DNA of 63,835 bases, filler included, from Licmophora abbreviata (Eukaryota): assembly GCA_900291995.1 (NCBI GenBank). It is 14 parts of 14 records of this genome, joined end to end, with 100 filler letters (N's around TTAATTAATTAA, not from the genome) between each part and the next. Parts side by side here need not be neighbours in the genome. Positions count along the whole stretch, not along the records: positions 62,697 to 63,835 come from OLMU01002288.1; 13 more parts are not named here. One strand, 5' to 3'. The notes under the pieces are model-generated. The model was not told where the DNA came from. It made no database searches and saw nothing but the letters and a program-made list of their open reading frames with translations. Below are positions 63,598 through 63,835 of this stretch, piece after piece. The translations under genes were made by a program, and so were the position numbers. The first letter of the stretch is position 1, and each line of letters starts with the position of its first letter.

Positions 63598-63636
63598 GCA
63601 GCTCACGATCACAGCTCACGGTCGCAACTCACGGTG
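63598..63636 (+). repeat. Three imperfect 13-bp tandem repeats
   Basis: GCAGCTCACGATC / ACAGCTCACGGTC / GCAACTCACGGTG. Confidence 0.6.
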
Positions 63637-63835
63637 GCGATCGTCACAATGCAGACTGGCCAACGGACCCGCCAGCATGGCCATGGATCCTTAGCCATGC
63701 CTCAGTCCAGGCTGCACGCTGCAACGTTGCTATCAACTTACTCTCCGCGAACCGTTCCTTAATCCAACATTTACCCGGAAGACTCGGTCAGTCTCCAGTG
63801 CTTGGTCCAGATCGAATCGTTTACAAAACTAGTAT

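Larger units (their letters stand above)
47096..63835. mobile_element. tRNA-anchored decayed genomic island (right end not seen)
   Basis: Integrase remnant at tRNA, AT-richer spacers, gene fragments, IS end, accessory cargo. Confidence 0.65.

Noticed and set aside
63755..63776. CtrA box
   Set aside because: TTAA-N7-TTTA has a mismatch and the downstream gene is outside the window
47096..63835. Intact prophage or ICE
   Set aside because: No structural, replication or conjugation genes and no intact recombinase

Overview
GC-rich alphaproteobacterial chromosome segment; gene order and protein style point to the Rhodobacterales/Roseobacter group. It is a draft scaffold with 13 artificial N-TTAATTAATTAA-N spacers, several of which split real genes. 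Positions 1-47 kb are core genome: scpB-scpA-nagZ-SPOR-argS, nhaP/dgt/erpA/xth, dksA, a MoxR-DUF2927-VWA cluster, a TRAP system with a divergent Cache-kinase/LuxR pair, ilvIH with an attenuator, a Rieske oxygenase, a P450, ccdA, tusA, rne, dctBD, purQSC, the ATPase zeta inhibitor, split methionine-synthase genes interrupted by a LexA-boxed radical SAM gene, sufE, rnd and purNM. After a tRNA(CAT), probably Ile2, at 47019-47095 a decayed genomic island begins. It carries a broken tyrosine integrase, Pit and NUDIX genes, an orphan VPLPA-CTERM surface protein divergent from an Lrp regulator, a ptxC/phnE-like fragment, a Flp pilin with a divergent unannotated pilin-like peptide, truncated regulators, a YhaO-YhaN (Mre11/Rad50-like) pair, an IS3 end, LysR-TRAP and an SBP-permease fusion. 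I see no CRISPR array or intact prophage. The best candidates for undescribed biology are the island-borne yhaON pair, the Lrp/VPLPA-CTERM/pilin surface module and several unannotated leaders and small ORFs. All assignments come from motif recognition by eye; no searches were run.
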